The notes: a model not told the origin generated them from the letters alone. Positions 49,278-61,155 are shown, counted from the first letter of the stretch. The stretch: DNA of 64,000 nt from Escherichia coli (GCF_013122565.1 NZ_CP053258.1), one strand, 5' to 3'. Numbers and translations: made by a program.

Positions 49278-50223
49278 CGTTAAGTTTTGCCGCTTCGGGC
49301 TGCTTGCCCCAGCCTTGCCACTGATGCTGGAAGTAAACGATCAGCGTGCTCTGGCTGATGCTTTCGCTTAATACTTCAAAGAAGCGATTAGCATAAACAG
49401 GTTCTATCGGTTTCTTCGGTTTGCAGAGCTTCACGCCACGGAACGGATTACGCGGTGTGTCGGGCACAGTGTTTTTCGGCGGTGTAGACGTATCAACCTG
49501 CGGTTCATTCAGCAAGCTGCTGGCTTTCACCAGCGTAATGTCTGGTGGCAGGTTATAAACCATCTGTTGTAGCACGCGTACCGTTGAAGGGTGAGGATGA
49601 CCGATGGCAATGGTCGAACCGTTGCGACGCGCGAGGTCAATCGCGCGATTGAACTGCACACGGATGTCCGCTTCGTTCTGTGAATCGTCGAGGAACACCT
49701 TCCGTTTGATCACCTTCACGCCAGTGCCTTGTGCGGCGCGCATCGCCTGGGTATTACCGATGGTTACGCTGTCGAGGAAGTAAAGATTGTAACGCTCCAG
49801 CGCCTGCATCACTTTCTGCATACCAAACAGGTTAGAGGTCATCTTGCTGCCCATGTGGTTGTTGATCCCCACGGCATAGGGCACGTTATTGACCGCACTA
49901 CGAATAATGCGCTCAATTTCGTCGCTGCTCATCTCCGGGCGTAGCGTATTTTTCTCCAGCGGCTGTTTACTCAGTGGTGCCATCGGTAGATGAATCAACA
50001 CTTCGTGACCGCTGTTATGCGCTTTGGTCGCCATCTCTCTGGCGTGCGGTGAATCGGGTAATACAGCGACGGAGATAGCGGGAGGCATCGCCAGCACCTG
50101 GTTTTCGTTGTGCGGGCGATACCCAAAATCATCAATGACGATGGCAAGTTTGCCAGCAAGTACGGGGGAGGAGAGCGCCAACAGAGCGGCAAATGCAAGA
50201 ACGTTACGACGAAATGGAAACAA
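49264..50223 (-). CDS. yibQ: divergent polysaccharide deacetylase-family protein
   Basis: 319-aa ORF with signal peptide; 3' end overlaps the waaH 3' end by 14 bp (convergent). Confidence 0.8.
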   Translation of the reverse strand: MFPFRRNVLAFAALLALSSPVLAGKLAIVIDDFGYRPHNENQVLAMPPAISVAVLPDSPHAREMATKAHNSGHEVLIHLPMAPLSKQPLEKNTLRPEMSSDEIERIIRSAVNNVPYAVGINNHMGSKMTSNLFGMQKVMQALERYNLYFLDSVTIGNTQAMRAAQGTGVKVIKRKVFLDDSQNEADIRVQFNRAIDLARRNGSTIAIGHPHPSTVRVLQQMVYNLPPDITLVKASSLLNEPQVDTSTPPKNTVPDTPRNPFRGVKLCKPKKPIEPVYANRFFEVLSESISQSTLIVYFQHQWQGWGKQPEAAKLNASAN

Positions 50224-50226
50224 AAC

Positions 50227-51486
50227 TTATCTTCCCAACCACGGCTGTGGATTGACCGCCTGACCCTGGCGGCGAATTTCGAAATAGAGTGAAGGTCTGC
50301 CCTGACCACCACTGCTGCCCACCAGTGCAATTGGCTGGCCCGCGCGAACCTGCGAACCAACGCTCACCAGTGCGCTCTGATTATAGCCGTAAAGACTCAT
50401 GTCGCCTTTACCATGCTCAACCACCACCACCAGACCGTAGCCTTGCAGCCAGTCAGCCAGAATCACCCGACCGTCGGCAATCGCTTTAACTTCAGTACCT
50501 TCAGAGGCACCAATCACCATCCCTTTCCAGCGTAATTCACCCTGTAGCTGTTCGCCATAGCGATGCAGCGTCGGCCCGCGAACCGGCCAGAATGCCTGAC
50601 CACGCGGTGCGCCCAGACCACCGGTACGGGACATCAGCGATTTTTCGCTTTCAGTCGGTTTGTAGGTGGTGCCTTTACGCGTCGCTTCTTTCTGGCGGTC
50701 GCGAACCGCCTGGGCCTCACGTGCTTCTCGTTCTGCACGCGCTTTCGCCGCGGCTTCCGCACGGGCAATGCTGTTACGCAGACGGGATTCGTTGGCGCGC
50801 AGCTCGCTCAACTGTTGCTGACCTTGCTGGATGGAAGACTCCAGCCCTGCCAGCGTCTTTTTACGCTCGTTCAGCGCCTGAGTCAGTTTCGCCTGTTGGG
50901 CGCGCTGTTCGTATAACAGCGTTTGTTGCTCGCTCTGTTTCTCTTCCAGTTCGGCACGCTGCATAGCGACTTCTTCACGCGTTTGCTTCAACTGGGCGAT
51001 GGTTTCTTGTCGCGCCTGGTTGAGATAGCCGAAGTAAGCCTGCAATCGTTGACCGCGCTGGCTTTCTTCGCCGCTGAGAATCAGCTGAATACCGGTATGT
51101 TCACCCTGACGAAACGCGGCATCCAGTTGCGCGGCGAGGCTGCGTTCCTGGGAGGCTTTTTGCTGCTCCAGTTTCGCAATCGACGCATTCATCTCATCAA
51201 TCTGTTTATTCAGTTGATTGAGGGTGTTTTGCGTTTCGCGCAGCTTGCGGGTGGCTTCCGAGATCGCCTCTTCCTGCTTTTTCAGCTGAGCAAGCAGGCT
51301 TGCGCGTTGTTGCTGCTGTTGACGTACCGCGCGCTCTTTTGCGGCGATGTCAGCCTGAATAGATTTGAGTTGGTCACGCTCATCCGCGTGGGCGGAAAAG
51401 GCGCACAACAATACGCCAGCGCTAAGAACGCTGGCGTAGATGATGGGCCTGATTGCAAACCTGCGCGGTTTCACGGCCCGTGTCAT
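50227..51486 (-). CDS. envC: murein hydrolase activator EnvC (coiled-coil plus LytM domain)
   Basis: ATG at 51486 gives 419 aa; long Q/A/E/R-rich coiled-coil region, C-terminal peptidase M23-like domain. Confidence 0.9.
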   Translation of the reverse strand: MTRAVKPRRFAIRPIIYASVLSAGVLLCAFSAHADERDQLKSIQADIAAKERAVRQQQQQRASLLAQLKKQEEAISEATRKLRETQNTLNQLNKQIDEMNASIAKLEQQKASQERSLAAQLDAAFRQGEHTGIQLILSGEESQRGQRLQAYFGYLNQARQETIAQLKQTREEVAMQRAELEEKQSEQQTLLYEQRAQQAKLTQALNERKKTLAGLESSIQQGQQQLSELRANESRLRNSIARAEAAAKARAEREAREAQAVRDRQKEATRKGTTYKPTESEKSLMSRTGGLGAPRGQAFWPVRGPTLHRYGEQLQGELRWKGMVIGASEGTEVKAIADGRVILADWLQGYGLVVVVEHGKGDMSLYGYNQSALVSVGSQVRAGQPIALVGSSGGQGRPSLYFEIRRQGQAVNPQPWLGR

Positions 51487-51519
51487 GGTATTAATCGCCT
51501 TTCCCCTCATGGGGAGGGA

Positions 51520-53064
51520 TTATTCCACGATGAACAGCGGCTTACCAGTCATCTCTTGCGGGATTTCCATACCCATCAGCGACAACATGGTCGGCGCGAT
51601 GTCAGAAAGTTTGCCGCCTTCAACCGCTTTCACGTTCTTATCGCCAACGTAAATCAGCGGAACTGGCAGGTTGGTGTGCGCTGTGTGCGCCTGACCCGTT
51701 GCCGGATCGCGCATCTGCTCAGCGTTACCGTGGTCAGCGGTGATCAGCAGTTGTCCACCTACAGACTCAACCGCTTTCGCAACTTCATCCACGCAGTGAT
51801 CCAGCGCTTCAACGGCTTTAACTGCTGCTTCCATCACCCCGGTGTGACCTACCATGTCACCGTTCGGGTAGTTACAGATGATGGTGTCGTATTTGCCGCT
51901 CTTGATTGCCGCAACCAGTTTTTCGGTCAGCTCTGCGGAGCTCATTTCCGGTTGCAGATCGTAAGTTGCCACTTTCGGTGAGTTGATCAGAATGCGGTCT
52001 TCGCCTTGGAACGACTCTTCTACACCACCGTTAAAGAAGAAAGTGACGTGGGCATATTTTTCGGTTTCGGAAATACGCAGCTGAGTTTTGTCGTTTTTCG
52101 CCATCCACTCGCCGAAGGTGTTAACCAGGGAAGCTGGTGGGTAAGCAACCGCAGTTTTGATGTCTGCGGCGTATTCGGTCAGCATCACGAAATCCACGTT
52201 AACCACTTTCTTACGCGCGAAGCCGTCGAAATCAGCGTTCACGAAAGCACGAGTGATTTCACGCGCACGGTCAGCACGGAAGTTCATGAAAATCAGTACA
52301 TCGCCGTCTTCCATTGCCGCGTCTGGCTGACCTTCTGCACGAATAACGGTCGCTTTCACGAACTCGTCGTTTTCGTCGCGAGCATAAGCTGCCTGCAAAC
52401 CAGCAACGGCGGTATCGGCCTGGAACTCACCCTGCGCCAGAGTCAGCAGGTCATAAGCTTTTTCAACGCGATCCCAACGGTTATCGCGGTCCATGGCGTA
52501 GTAACGGCCAATGATAGACGCTACGCGGCCTTTGCCCAGCGCGGCAAATTTCTCTTCAAATTTTTTCAGCGAGGATTCAGCACTGCGCGGCGGAGTGTCG
52601 CGACCGTCAAGGAATGCGTGCAGGTAGATTTTTTCTGCGCCGCGTTCAGCTGCCAGTTCTACCATCGCCATGATGTGATCTTCGTGGCTGTGTACGCCGC
52701 CTGCGGACAGCAGACCCATAATGTGTACCGCTTTGCCCGCATTTTTCGCTTTATCTACCGCGCCAGTCAGCACCGGATTAGCAAAGAAAGCGCGATCTTT
52801 GATTTCAACGTCCAGACGAGTCAGGTCCTGATACACGATGCGGCCGGCACCCAGGTTAACGTGGCCTACTTCGGAGTTACCCATCTGACGGTCAGGCAGA
52901 CCGACTTCCAGACCGGAAGCGTCGATCAGGGTATGCGGACGATTGGCCCACAGTGCATCCATTACCGGGGTTTTAGCACTAAAAATGGCGTTATCCTGCT
53001 GTTCTTCGCGATAGCCATAGCCATCCAGAATCACCAGTACCATAGGTTTTTTAGAAACCGACAT
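51520..53064 (-). CDS. gpmM: 2,3-bisphosphoglycerate-independent phosphoglycerate mutase
   Basis: ATG at 53064 gives 514 aa starting [18 protein letters not shown]. Confidence 0.9.
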   Translation of the reverse strand: MSVSKKPMVLVILDGYGYREEQQDNAIFSAKTPVMDALWANRPHTLIDASGLEVGLPDRQMGNSEVGHVNLGAGRIVYQDLTRLDVEIKDRAFFANPVLTGAVDKAKNAGKAVHIMGLLSAGGVHSHEDHIMAMVELAAERGAEKIYLHAFLDGRDTPPRSAESSLKKFEEKFAALGKGRVASIIGRYYAMDRDNRWDRVEKAYDLLTLAQGEFQADTAVAGLQAAYARDENDEFVKATVIRAEGQPDAAMEDGDVLIFMNFRADRAREITRAFVNADFDGFARKKVVNVDFVMLTEYAADIKTAVAYPPASLVNTFGEWMAKNDKTQLRISETEKYAHVTFFFNGGVEESFQGEDRILINSPKVATYDLQPEMSSAELTEKLVAAIKSGKYDTIICNYPNGDMVGHTGVMEAAVKAVEALDHCVDEVAKAVESVGGQLLITADHGNAEQMRDPATGQAHTAHTNLPVPLIYVGDKNVKAVEGGKLSDIAPTMLSLMGMEIPQEMTGKPLFIVE

Positions 53065-53308
53065 TGCGACAACCTCATACTCAAGAGTCAAAATTTGCGT
53101 AATTTTACTACAGCTGAATCGATAAAATAGCCTCTGAAGATCAAAATATACGACCGCTCGCGGCAAGCCGATGCCAGATTTGCGCTTTTTTTTCGTCGCG
53201 CCCCGCAAAATTGCATTCCAGTTAACGCGCTGGCTGTATTTGCCGCACCGCGCAGGTATACTCCTTTCCTGGTTTTTTTAATCACTACGTCGGGAGTTGT
53301 TACCCCCC

Positions 53309-53740
53309 ATGCAAGAAATTATGCAATTTGTTGGCCGTCATCCCATACTGAGTATCGCCTGGATCGCGTTACTGGTGGCGGTTCTTGTGACTACGTTTAA
53401 GAGCCTGACCTCGAAAGTGAAGGTGATTACTCGTGGTGAAGCTACGCGTCTGATCAACAAAGAAGACGCTGTGGTTGTGGATTTACGTCAGCGTGATGAC
53501 TTCCGTAAAGGCCATATCGCAGGTTCTATCAATCTGTTGCCGAGCGAAATCAAAGCCAACAATGTTGGTGAGCTTGAGAAGCACAAAGACAAACCGGTTA
53601 TCGTGGTAGACGGTTCTGGCATGCAGTGCCAGGAGCCTGCAAACGCGCTGACGAAAGCTGGTTTTGCGCAAGTATTCGTGCTGAAAGAGGGCGTTGCTGG
53701 CTGGGCTGGCGAAAACTTGCCTCTGGTGCGCGGCAAATAA
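53309..53740 (+). CDS. yibN: rhodanese-domain protein
   Basis: ATG at 53309 gives 143 aa; N-terminal TM segment followed by a rhodanese-like domain. Confidence 0.85.
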
Positions 53741-53880
53741 TTTACCTGTCGTCTTTCATGATGCAGGCCGTTAGCTGCAATTAGGCCCCCAGCGACTTAT
53801 TGTTATAAGCTTCTGGGGACACTCCATTTTGCTGCCGCCCTGCAACATGAAATTTCAGGGTAAAAAACAGGAGCTAAGTT

Positions 53881-54132
53881 ATGGCCAATGTTGAAATCTA
53901 TACCAAAGAAACCTGCCCGTATTGCCATCGTGCAAAAGCACTGCTGAGCAGCAAGGGCGTGAGTTTTCAGGAGTTGCCGATCGATGGCAACGCCGCTAAG
54001 CGTGAAGAGATGATCAAACGCAGCGGTCGCACCACGGTTCCCCAGATTTTTATTGACGCACAGCACATTGGCGGCTGTGATGACTTGTATGCATTGGATG
54101 CACGTGGTGGACTGGATCCCCTGCTGAAATAA
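53881..54132 (+). CDS. grxC: glutaredoxin 3
   Basis: 83-aa ORF with active site CPYC. Confidence 0.95.
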
Positions 54133-54194
54133 CGTGTGAACGTTGGCATTACATTGCGCAGTATTTAAGGACAACACTTAAGGGTTTTCTACAC

Positions 54195-54662
54195 ATGTCA
54201 GAACAAAACAACACCGAAATGACTTTCCAGATCCAACGTATTTATACCAAGGATATTTCTTTCGAAGCGCCGAACGCGCCGCACGTTTTCCAGAAAGATT
54301 GGCAGCCAGAAGTTAAACTTGATCTGGATACGGCATCTACTCAACTGGCAGATGACGTTTACGAAGTGGTACTGCGTGTTACCGTAACGGCCTCCCTGGG
54401 CGAAGAAACCGCGTTCCTGTGTGAAGTTCAGCAGGGCGGTATTTTCTCCATCGCGGGTATCGAAGGCACCCAGATGGCACATTGCCTGGGCGCATACTGC
54501 CCGAACATTCTGTTCCCGTATGCTCGTGAGTGCATCACCAGCATGGTATCCCGCGGTACATTCCCGCAACTGAACCTTGCGCCGGTTAACTTCGATGCGC
54601 TGTTCATGAACTATTTGCAGCAGCAGGCTGGCGAAGGTACTGAAGAACATCAGGATGCCTGA
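54195..54662 (+). CDS. secB: protein-export chaperone SecB
   Basis: 155-aa ORF starting [29 protein letters not shown]. Confidence 0.95.
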
Positions 54663-55681
54663 TGAACCAACGTAATGCTTCAATGACTGTGATCGGTGCC
54701 GGCTCGTACGGCACCGCTCTTGCCATTACCCTGGCAAGAAATGGCCACGAGGTTGTCCTCTGGGGCCATGACCCTGAACATATCGCAACGCTTGAACGCG
54801 ACCGCTGTAACGCCGCGTTTCTCCCCGATGTGCCTTTTCCCGATACGCTCCATCTTGAAAGCGATCTCGCCACTGCGCTGGCAGCCAGCCGTAATATTCT
54901 CGTCGTCGTACCCAGCCATGTCTTTGGTGAAGTGCTGCGCCAGATTAAACCGCTGATGCGTCCTGATGCGCGTCTGGTGTGGGCGACCAAAGGGCTGGAA
55001 GCGGAAACCGGACGTCTGTTACAGGACGTGGCGCGTGAGGCGTTAGGCGATCAAATCCCGCTGGCGGTTATCTCTGGCCCAACGTTTGCGAAAGAACTGG
55101 CGGCAGGTTTACCGACGGCTATTTCGCTGGCCTCGACCGACCAGACCTTTGCCGATGATCTCCAGCAACTGCTGCACTGCGGCAAAAGTTTCCGCGTTTA
55201 CAGCAATCCGGATTTCATTGGCGTGCAGCTTGGCGGCGCGGTGAAAAACGTCATTGCCATTGGCGCGGGGATGTCCGACGGTATCGGTTTTGGTGCGAAT
55301 GCGCGTACGGCGCTGATCACCCGTGGGCTGGCTGAAATGTCGCGTCTTGGCGCGGCGCTGGGTGCCGATCCTGCCACCTTTATGGGCATGGCGGGGCTGG
55401 GGGATCTGGTGCTTACCTGTACCGACAACCAGTCGCGTAACCGCCGTTTTGGCATGATGCTCGGTCAGGGCATGGATGTACAAAGCGCGCAGGAGAAGAT
55501 TGGTCAGGTGGTGGAAGGCTACCGCAATACGAAAGAAGTCCGCGAACTGGCGCATCGCTTCGGCGTTGAAATGCCAATAACCGAGGAAATTTATCAAGTA
55601 TTATATTGCGGAAAAAACGCGCGCGAGGCAGCATTGACGTTATTAGGTCGTGCACGCAAGGACGAGCGCAGCAGCCACTAA
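54662..55681 (+). CDS. gpsA: NAD(P)H-dependent glycerol-3-phosphate dehydrogenase
   Basis: 339-aa ORF; start overlaps the secB stop by 1 nt. Confidence 0.95.
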   Translation: MNQRNASMTVIGAGSYGTALAITLARNGHEVVLWGHDPEHIATLERDRCNAAFLPDVPFPDTLHLESDLATALAASRNILVVVPSHVFGEVLRQIKPLMRPDARLVWATKGLEAETGRLLQDVAREALGDQIPLAVISGPTFAKELAAGLPTAISLASTDQTFADDLQQLLHCGKSFRVYSNPDFIGVQLGGAVKNVIAIGAGMSDGIGFGANARTALITRGLAEMSRLGAALGADPATFMGMAGLGDLVLTCTDNQSRNRRFGMMLGQGMDVQSAQEKIGQVVEGYRNTKEVRELAHRFGVEMPITEEIYQVLYCGKNAREAALTLLGRARKDERSSH

Positions 55682-55760
55682 CCCCAGGGAACCTTTGTTA
55701 CCGCTATGACCCGGCCCGCGCAGAACGGGCCGGTCATTATCTCATCGTGTGGAGTAAGCA

Positions 55761-56582
55761 ATGTCGTGTGAAGAACTGGAAATTGTCTGGAACAATATTA
55801 AAGCCGAAGCCAGAACGCTGGCGGACTGTGAGCCAATGCTGGCCAGTTTTTACCACGCGACGCTACTCAAGCACGAAAACCTTGGCAGTGCACTGAGCTA
55901 CATGCTGGCGAACAAGCTGTCATCGCCAATTATGCCTGCTATTGCTATCCGTGAAGTGGTGGAAGAAGCCTACGCCGCCGACCCGGAAATGATCGCCTCT
56001 GCGGCCTGTGATATTCAGGCGGTGCGTACCCGTGACCCGGCGGTGGATAAATACTCAACCCCGTTGCTATACCTGAAGGGTTTTCATGCCTTGCAGGCGT
56101 ATCGCATCGGTCACTGGTTGTGGAATCAGGGGCGTCGCGCACTGGCAATCTTTCTGCAAAACCAGGTTTCTGTGACGTTCCAGGTTGATATTCACCCGGC
56201 AGCAAAAATTGGTCGCGGTATCATGCTTGACCACGCGACAGGCATCGTCGTTGGTGAAACGGCGGTGATTGAAAACGATGTATCGATTCTGCAATCTGTG
56301 ACGCTTGGCGGTACGGGTAAATCTGGTGGTGACCGTCACCCGAAAATTCGTGAAGGTGTGATGATTGGCGCGGGCGCGAAAATTCTCGGCAATATTGAAG
56401 TTGGGCGCGGCGCGAAGATTGGCGCAGGTTCCGTGGTGCTGCAACCGGTGCCGCCGCATACCACCGCCGCTGGCGTTCCGGCTCGTATTGTCGGTAAACC
56501 AGACAGCGATAAGCCATCAATGGATATGGACCAGCATTTCAACGGTATTAACCATACGTTTGAGTATGGGGATGGGATCTGA
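55761..56582 (+). CDS. cysE: serine O-acetyltransferase
   Basis: 273-aa ORF with hexapeptide-repeat C-terminal region. Confidence 0.95.
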   Translation: MSCEELEIVWNNIKAEARTLADCEPMLASFYHATLLKHENLGSALSYMLANKLSSPIMPAIAIREVVEEAYAADPEMIASAACDIQAVRTRDPAVDKYSTPLLYLKGFHALQAYRIGHWLWNQGRRALAIFLQNQVSVTFQVDIHPAAKIGRGIMLDHATGIVVGETAVIENDVSILQSVTLGGTGKSGGDRHPKIREGVMIGAGAKILGNIEVGRGAKIGAGSVVLQPVPPHTTAAGVPARIVGKPDSDKPSMDMDQHFNGINHTFEYGDGI

Positions 56583-56595
56583 TGTCCTGTGATCG

Positions 56596-56636
56596 TGCCG
56601 GATGTGATGCGGTTCATAACGCATCTTATCCGGCAT
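56596..56636. repeat. REP-like palindromic unit between convergent cysE and trmL
   Basis: Minus strand reads GCCGGATAAGATGCG...CATCACATCCGGC, an imperfect palindrome of REP (PU) type. Confidence 0.5.
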
Positions 56637-56643
56637 GACGTAA

Positions 56644-57117
56644 CTAATCTCTCAACAACGCGCCCGGATACCCCAGCTGCCGCCAGGCTTCATACACCAC
56701 AACCGACACCGCATTGGACAGGTTCATGCTGCGGCTGTCCGGCACCATCGGAATGCGAATTTTTTGTTCAGCGGGCAGGGCATCAAGAATGCTCGCTGGA
56801 AGGCCGCGTGTTTCCGGGCCGAACATCAGATAATCGCCATCCTGATAGCTTACGGCGCTGTGAGCAGGTGTACCTTTCGTGGTGAGGGCAAACAGGCGCT
56901 GGGGATTTTCTGCTTCGAGGAACGCGCGATAGTCATGATGACGCGTAACGGCGGTAAACTCGTGATAGTCCAGCCCCGCACGGCGCAGGCGCTTATCGTC
57001 CCAGGCAAATCCCATCGGTTCGATGATATGCAGACGAAAGCCGGTATTAGCGCAAAGACGGATGATGTTGCCAGTATTTGGCGGAATTTCTGGTTCGTAA
57101 AGTACGATGTTTAGCAT
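56644..57117 (-). CDS. trmL: tRNA (cytidine/uridine-2'-O)-methyltransferase TrmL
   Basis: 157-aa SpoU-family ORF. Confidence 0.9.
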   Translation of the reverse strand: MLNIVLYEPEIPPNTGNIIRLCANTGFRLHIIEPMGFAWDDKRLRRAGLDYHEFTAVTRHHDYRAFLEAENPQRLFALTTKGTPAHSAVSYQDGDYLMFGPETRGLPASILDALPAEQKIRIPMVPDSRSMNLSNAVSVVVYEAWRQLGYPGALLRD

Positions 57118-57169
57118 ACTGCCCCCTTAGTGCGGGGGCAGGATAGCAGAAAATTGGTGAGCAGTGCGG

Positions 57170-57262
57170 CCTTTTCCCCTCACCCCGGCCCTCCCCCTGT
57201 CTCTTGATCAGGAGATCTGATCAAGAGACAGCTCCCTGAGGGAGAGGGTTAGGGGGAGGGGG
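57170..57262. repeat. Compound GC-rich palindromic element with an IS50 inside-end-like core
   Basis: cccctcaccccggccctcccc-CTGTCTCTTGATCAG-gagatc-TGATCAAGAGACAG-ctccctgagggagagggttagggggaggggg in the 154-bp lldD-trmL gap; the minus strand of the core reads CTGTCTCTTGATCAGATCT. Confidence 0.6.
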
Positions 57263-57271
57263 CGCAAACGA

Positions 57272-58462
57272 CTATGCCGCATTCCCTTTCGCCATCGGAG
57301 CCAGTGCCGCAGGCAACTCTTTACCCAGCCCTTGCACCAGCGAATCTTGCGTAATTTCGCTAATCGATTTCGCGCCAGTCAGCGTCATCGCCACTTTCAT
57401 CTCTTTTTCGATCAGATTTAGCAGGTTAGCTACACCCGCCTGGCCCGCTGTTGCCAGCGCATACAGGAAAGCACGACCCAGCAGTACGGTGTCGGCACCG
57501 AGCGCAATCATACGCACGACATCAAGCCCGTTACGAATTCCGCTATCCGCCAGAATGGCGATATCACCTTTCACCGCATCTGCAATAGCGGGCAACGCAC
57601 GAGCGGAAGAGAGTACACCGTCCAGCTGGCGGCCACCGTGGTTAGAAACCACAATCCCATCAGCACCAAAACGTACTGCATCGCGCGCATCTTCCGGATC
57701 GAGGATCCCTTTGATCACCATCGGGCCATCCCAGAAATCGCGGATCCACTCAAGGTCTTTCCATGAGATGGACGGATCGAAGTTATTCCCCAGCCAGCCG
57801 ATGTAATCTTCCAGTCCGGTCGGTTTGCCGAGATATGCTGAGATATTACCTAAATCATGCGGACGACCGTTTAGGCCCACATCCCACGCCCATTGCGGAT
57901 GTGTCACCGCCTGCAAGTAGCGCCGCATTGCCGCATTTGGGCCGCTCATACCCGAGTGCGCATCACGGTAGCGTGCGCCCGGTGTCGGCATATCCACGGT
58001 GAAAACCAGCGTCGAACAACCCGCTGCTTTTGCTCGCTCCAGCGCGTTACGCATAAAGCCGCGATCGCGCAGCACATAAAGCTGGAACCACATTGGGCGC
58101 TTGATGGCTGGCGCGACTTCTTCAATCGGGCAAACGGAAACCGTCGAGAGAGTAAACGGAATGCCATGCGCATCCGCCGCTTTGGCTGCCTGAACTTCGC
58201 CACGACGCGCATACATGCCACACAAACCCACCGGTGCCAGTGCTACCGGCATCGACAATTTCTCATTAAACAGCGTCGTTTCCAGGCTTAAGTCGGACAT
58301 GTTTTTCAGAATACGCTGGCGCAGCGCCACTTCTGACAAATCTTCCACGTTGCGGCGCAGCGTGTATTCAGAATATGCCCCCCCATCCATATAGTGGAAC
58401 AGGAACGGCGGCAGAATGCGTTGCGCTGCGGCGCGATAATCGCTGGCTGCGGAAATAATCAT
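57272..58462 (-). CDS. lldD: L-lactate dehydrogenase (FMN-dependent)
   Basis: 396-aa ORF, alpha-hydroxyacid oxidase family. Confidence 0.95.
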
Positions 58463-59235
58463 GCGTTTTTCTCCCTCGAATGCTCATTATGCTCACCGGG
58501 CAGGCGGGTAATCCGTGCGTGGCGAGCCTGATCTTCATCGAATCGTTTCATGGTGGTGTGAACAAAACTAAGGTGCGCCATCATTGCTTTACGCGCCCCG
58601 TCGGCATCACCAGCAAAAATGGCGTCAATGACAGCCTGATGTTGTTCGGTCAGTTGTGAAAAAACCGGTGGCACCAGATACATCCGTTGACGGCTATGCT
58701 TCACTGAGGATTGCAGGACATCGAAGAAACCGCGCATGGTTTGCAGCAGCACGATGTTATGTGAGGCTTCGGCAATCGCCAGATGAAAACGAACGTCCGC
58801 TTGTGAGGCGATATCCGGGTCTTCGCTGAGCGTTGCTTCAAAGCAAAGCTGAATCTTTTCTTTGTCGCCAGGTGTGGCGCGCATTGCCGCATGCCACGCG
58901 GTGCTGGCTTCAATGGCGTAGCGAGCTTCCAGAATATCGAAACTGTAATCCGGATCATCGGCCATCAGCGTTTTTAGCGGCTGGACGATGTTTTGCTCCG
59001 ACCATGTGTCATGACGCCAGCGAATAAACGTCCCGCCGCCGCGTCGACTGAGCAGCACGCCTTCGCTCACCAGTTTTGCCAGCGCCTCGCGCAGTGAATT
59101 ACGCGATACGCCGAGTTGCATCGCCAGTTGACGTTCAGCGGGCAACTTCATGCCCGCCTCCAGGTTTTTTTCATCAATCAGCGCCCGCACACGATCGGCA
59201 ACCTCGTCTGACAGGCGTCTGGGTAAAACAATCAT
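58459..59235 (-). CDS. lldR: GntR-family transcriptional regulator LldR
   Basis: ATG at 59235 gives 258 aa; N-terminal winged-HTH plus FCD domain. Confidence 0.9.
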
Positions 59236-60890
59236 TAAGGAATCATCCACGTTAAGACATAGGCCTGAAGCGTGGTGATCACGCCCACCATACAGGTGAA
59301 GATCAGGCTGTGTTTGACAGTAAAGCGGAACAAATCAGACTCTTTGCCCACCAGGCCTACCGCCGCACAGGCGATAGCGATAGATTGTGGGGAGATCATC
59401 TTACCGGTGACGCCACCGGTGGTATTGGCGGCAACCAGCAACAGATCAGAGACGCCAATTTGTTGTGCTGCGGTGGCTTGCAGCGCGGCGAACAGGGCGT
59501 TAGATGAGGTATCCGACCCGGTCAGGAATACACCCAGCCAGCCGAGGAACGGCGAGAAGAAGGTGAATGCATGACCGGTGTGCGCCAGTGCGAGCGCCAG
59601 TGTTGATGACAGTCCGGAATAGTTCGAAATAAAGGCGAACGCCAGCACCATACCGATGGAGTAGATAGGCAGAGCCAGTTCTTTCAGCGTGCTGCCGAAG
59701 GTGCTGATAGCGTCAGATGGTTTCATCTTCAGCCAGACAATCGAGAGCAGGGCAGCAAAAAGAATGGCGGTACCGGTGGCAGAGAACCAGTCGAACTTAA
59801 ACACGGCGGCATACGCTGTCGCCTCGCTGACCACTGGCGGCATACGGGCAACCAGTTTATCGAGGTACGGCACCGGAATATTGATCACCCACTCATACAG
59901 CGCGCCACCCGATGCGAACAGGGCTTTAAACGGCGGGATACTCCACAGTGTTACGGTAGCGGTCAGGAACAGGAACGGTGTCCAGGCACGTAATACCTGA
60001 CCCGCGGTGTAACCGGTGTGGGCCAGCGTCATATCAACCTGTGACGCCCCCAAATCACCAAAACGGAATACGCGCACTGGCTGCCAGCGTTTGAGGAACA
60101 GCGTCAGGCAGAGCAGTGATACCAGCGAAGAGATAATGTCCGGCAGCTCCGGCCCAATGAAGTTAGAGCTAAGGTACTGAGCGATGGCAAACGAGCCGCC
60201 CGCAACCACGACCGCAGGCCACGTCTCTTTGATACCGCGCCAGCCGTCCATAATCGCCATGATCCAGAACAGCACGATAATGGTCATAAACGGTAGCTGC
60301 CGCCCCACCATCTGACCAATCTCAAAGCTGTCGATACCTGTTACCTGTCCGGCAACCAGGATTGGAATGCCCATCGCGCCAAATGCCACTGGCGCGGTGT
60401 TAACAATCAGGCACAGCCCGGCGGCGTACAGTGGTTTAAAGCCCAGACCGACCAGCAATGCGGCGGTAATTGCTACCGGTGCGCCAAAGCCTGCAGCTCC
60501 TTCGAGGAACGCGCCGAAACAGAAACCGACGATCAGCATTTGCAGGCGCTGGTCTGGGGTTATCGAAAGAATAGACGAGCGAATGATGTCAAACTGCCCG
60601 GTTTTCACCGAGATCTTATAGACGAACACCGCTGCAATAATGATCCACGCGATGGGCCACAAACCATAGAAGAAGCCATAAACCACCGAGGCCAGCGCGT
60701 TAGCGACCGGCATTTTATAGAACAGCAAAGCCACGGCAAGGGCGATTGCCACCGTCCATGAGGCGGCAACGTATCCTTTCAGTTTGAGCTTAATCAGCGC
60801 AAAGAAGAAAAACAGGATGGGAAGCGATGCTATCAGGCTGGAAAGCCAGATATTCCCAGCGGGATCGTAGTTTTGTTGCCAGAGATTCAT
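59235..60890 (-). CDS. lldP: L-lactate permease
   Basis: ATG at 60890 gives 551 aa starting [13 protein letters not shown]; polytopic. Confidence 0.9.
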
Positions 60891-60962
60891 TGCAGGTCTC
60901 CTGGAGTCCACGCACATCGTGTAATGAGTCTGTTGCTCATCTCCTTGTCACACGTTGTGTAA

Positions 60963-60979
60963 AAGTGGCACTGCCAATT
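60963..60979. promoter_or_regulatory. Candidate LldR operator (promoter-proximal) upstream of lldP
   Basis: aagTGGCACTGCCAatt GntR/FadR-type palindrome about 75 bp upstream of the lldP start. Confidence 0.5.
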
Positions 60980-61088
60980 ATGTTGTGTAGGGATAATGAC
61001 AATGAATGGTTAACTAAATGTTATGTATTGGCAACATTTATGTGAGTTTTAATTGGGGAACTGTGAACCAGAGGTCAGATAAGCGAAG

Positions 61089-61104
61089 AATTGGTAGGGC
61101 CAAT
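61089..61104. promoter_or_regulatory. Candidate LldR operator (distal) upstream of lldP
   Basis: aatTGGTAGGGCCAat palindrome about 200 bp upstream of the lldP start. Confidence 0.5.
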
Positions 61105-61120
61105 CTTGGGAGATAGGTAA

Positions 61121-61155
61121 TGAAGAAAAGGGCAATTCCCATCAGAGAATTGCCC
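61121..61155 (-). terminator. Rho-independent terminator downstream of the adhesin gene
   Basis: Minus strand: gggcaattc-tctgatggg-aattgccc hairpin followed by TTTTCTTC. Confidence 0.55.

Noticed and set aside
50923-51981. 352-aa ORF on the plus strand
   Set aside because: Antisense to the envC coiled-coil region and the gpmM 3' end; low-complexity translation; the minus-strand genes account for the DNA.
52006-53130. 374-aa ORF on the plus strand
   Set aside because: Antisense to gpmM, which has clear phosphoglycerate mutase features.
57197-57231. Possible Tn5/IS50 insertion
   Set aside because: Only a 35-bp palindrome with inside-end-like sequence is present; there is no transposase, resistance gene or outside end, so it is not an intact transposon (kept as a finding as a repeat element only).
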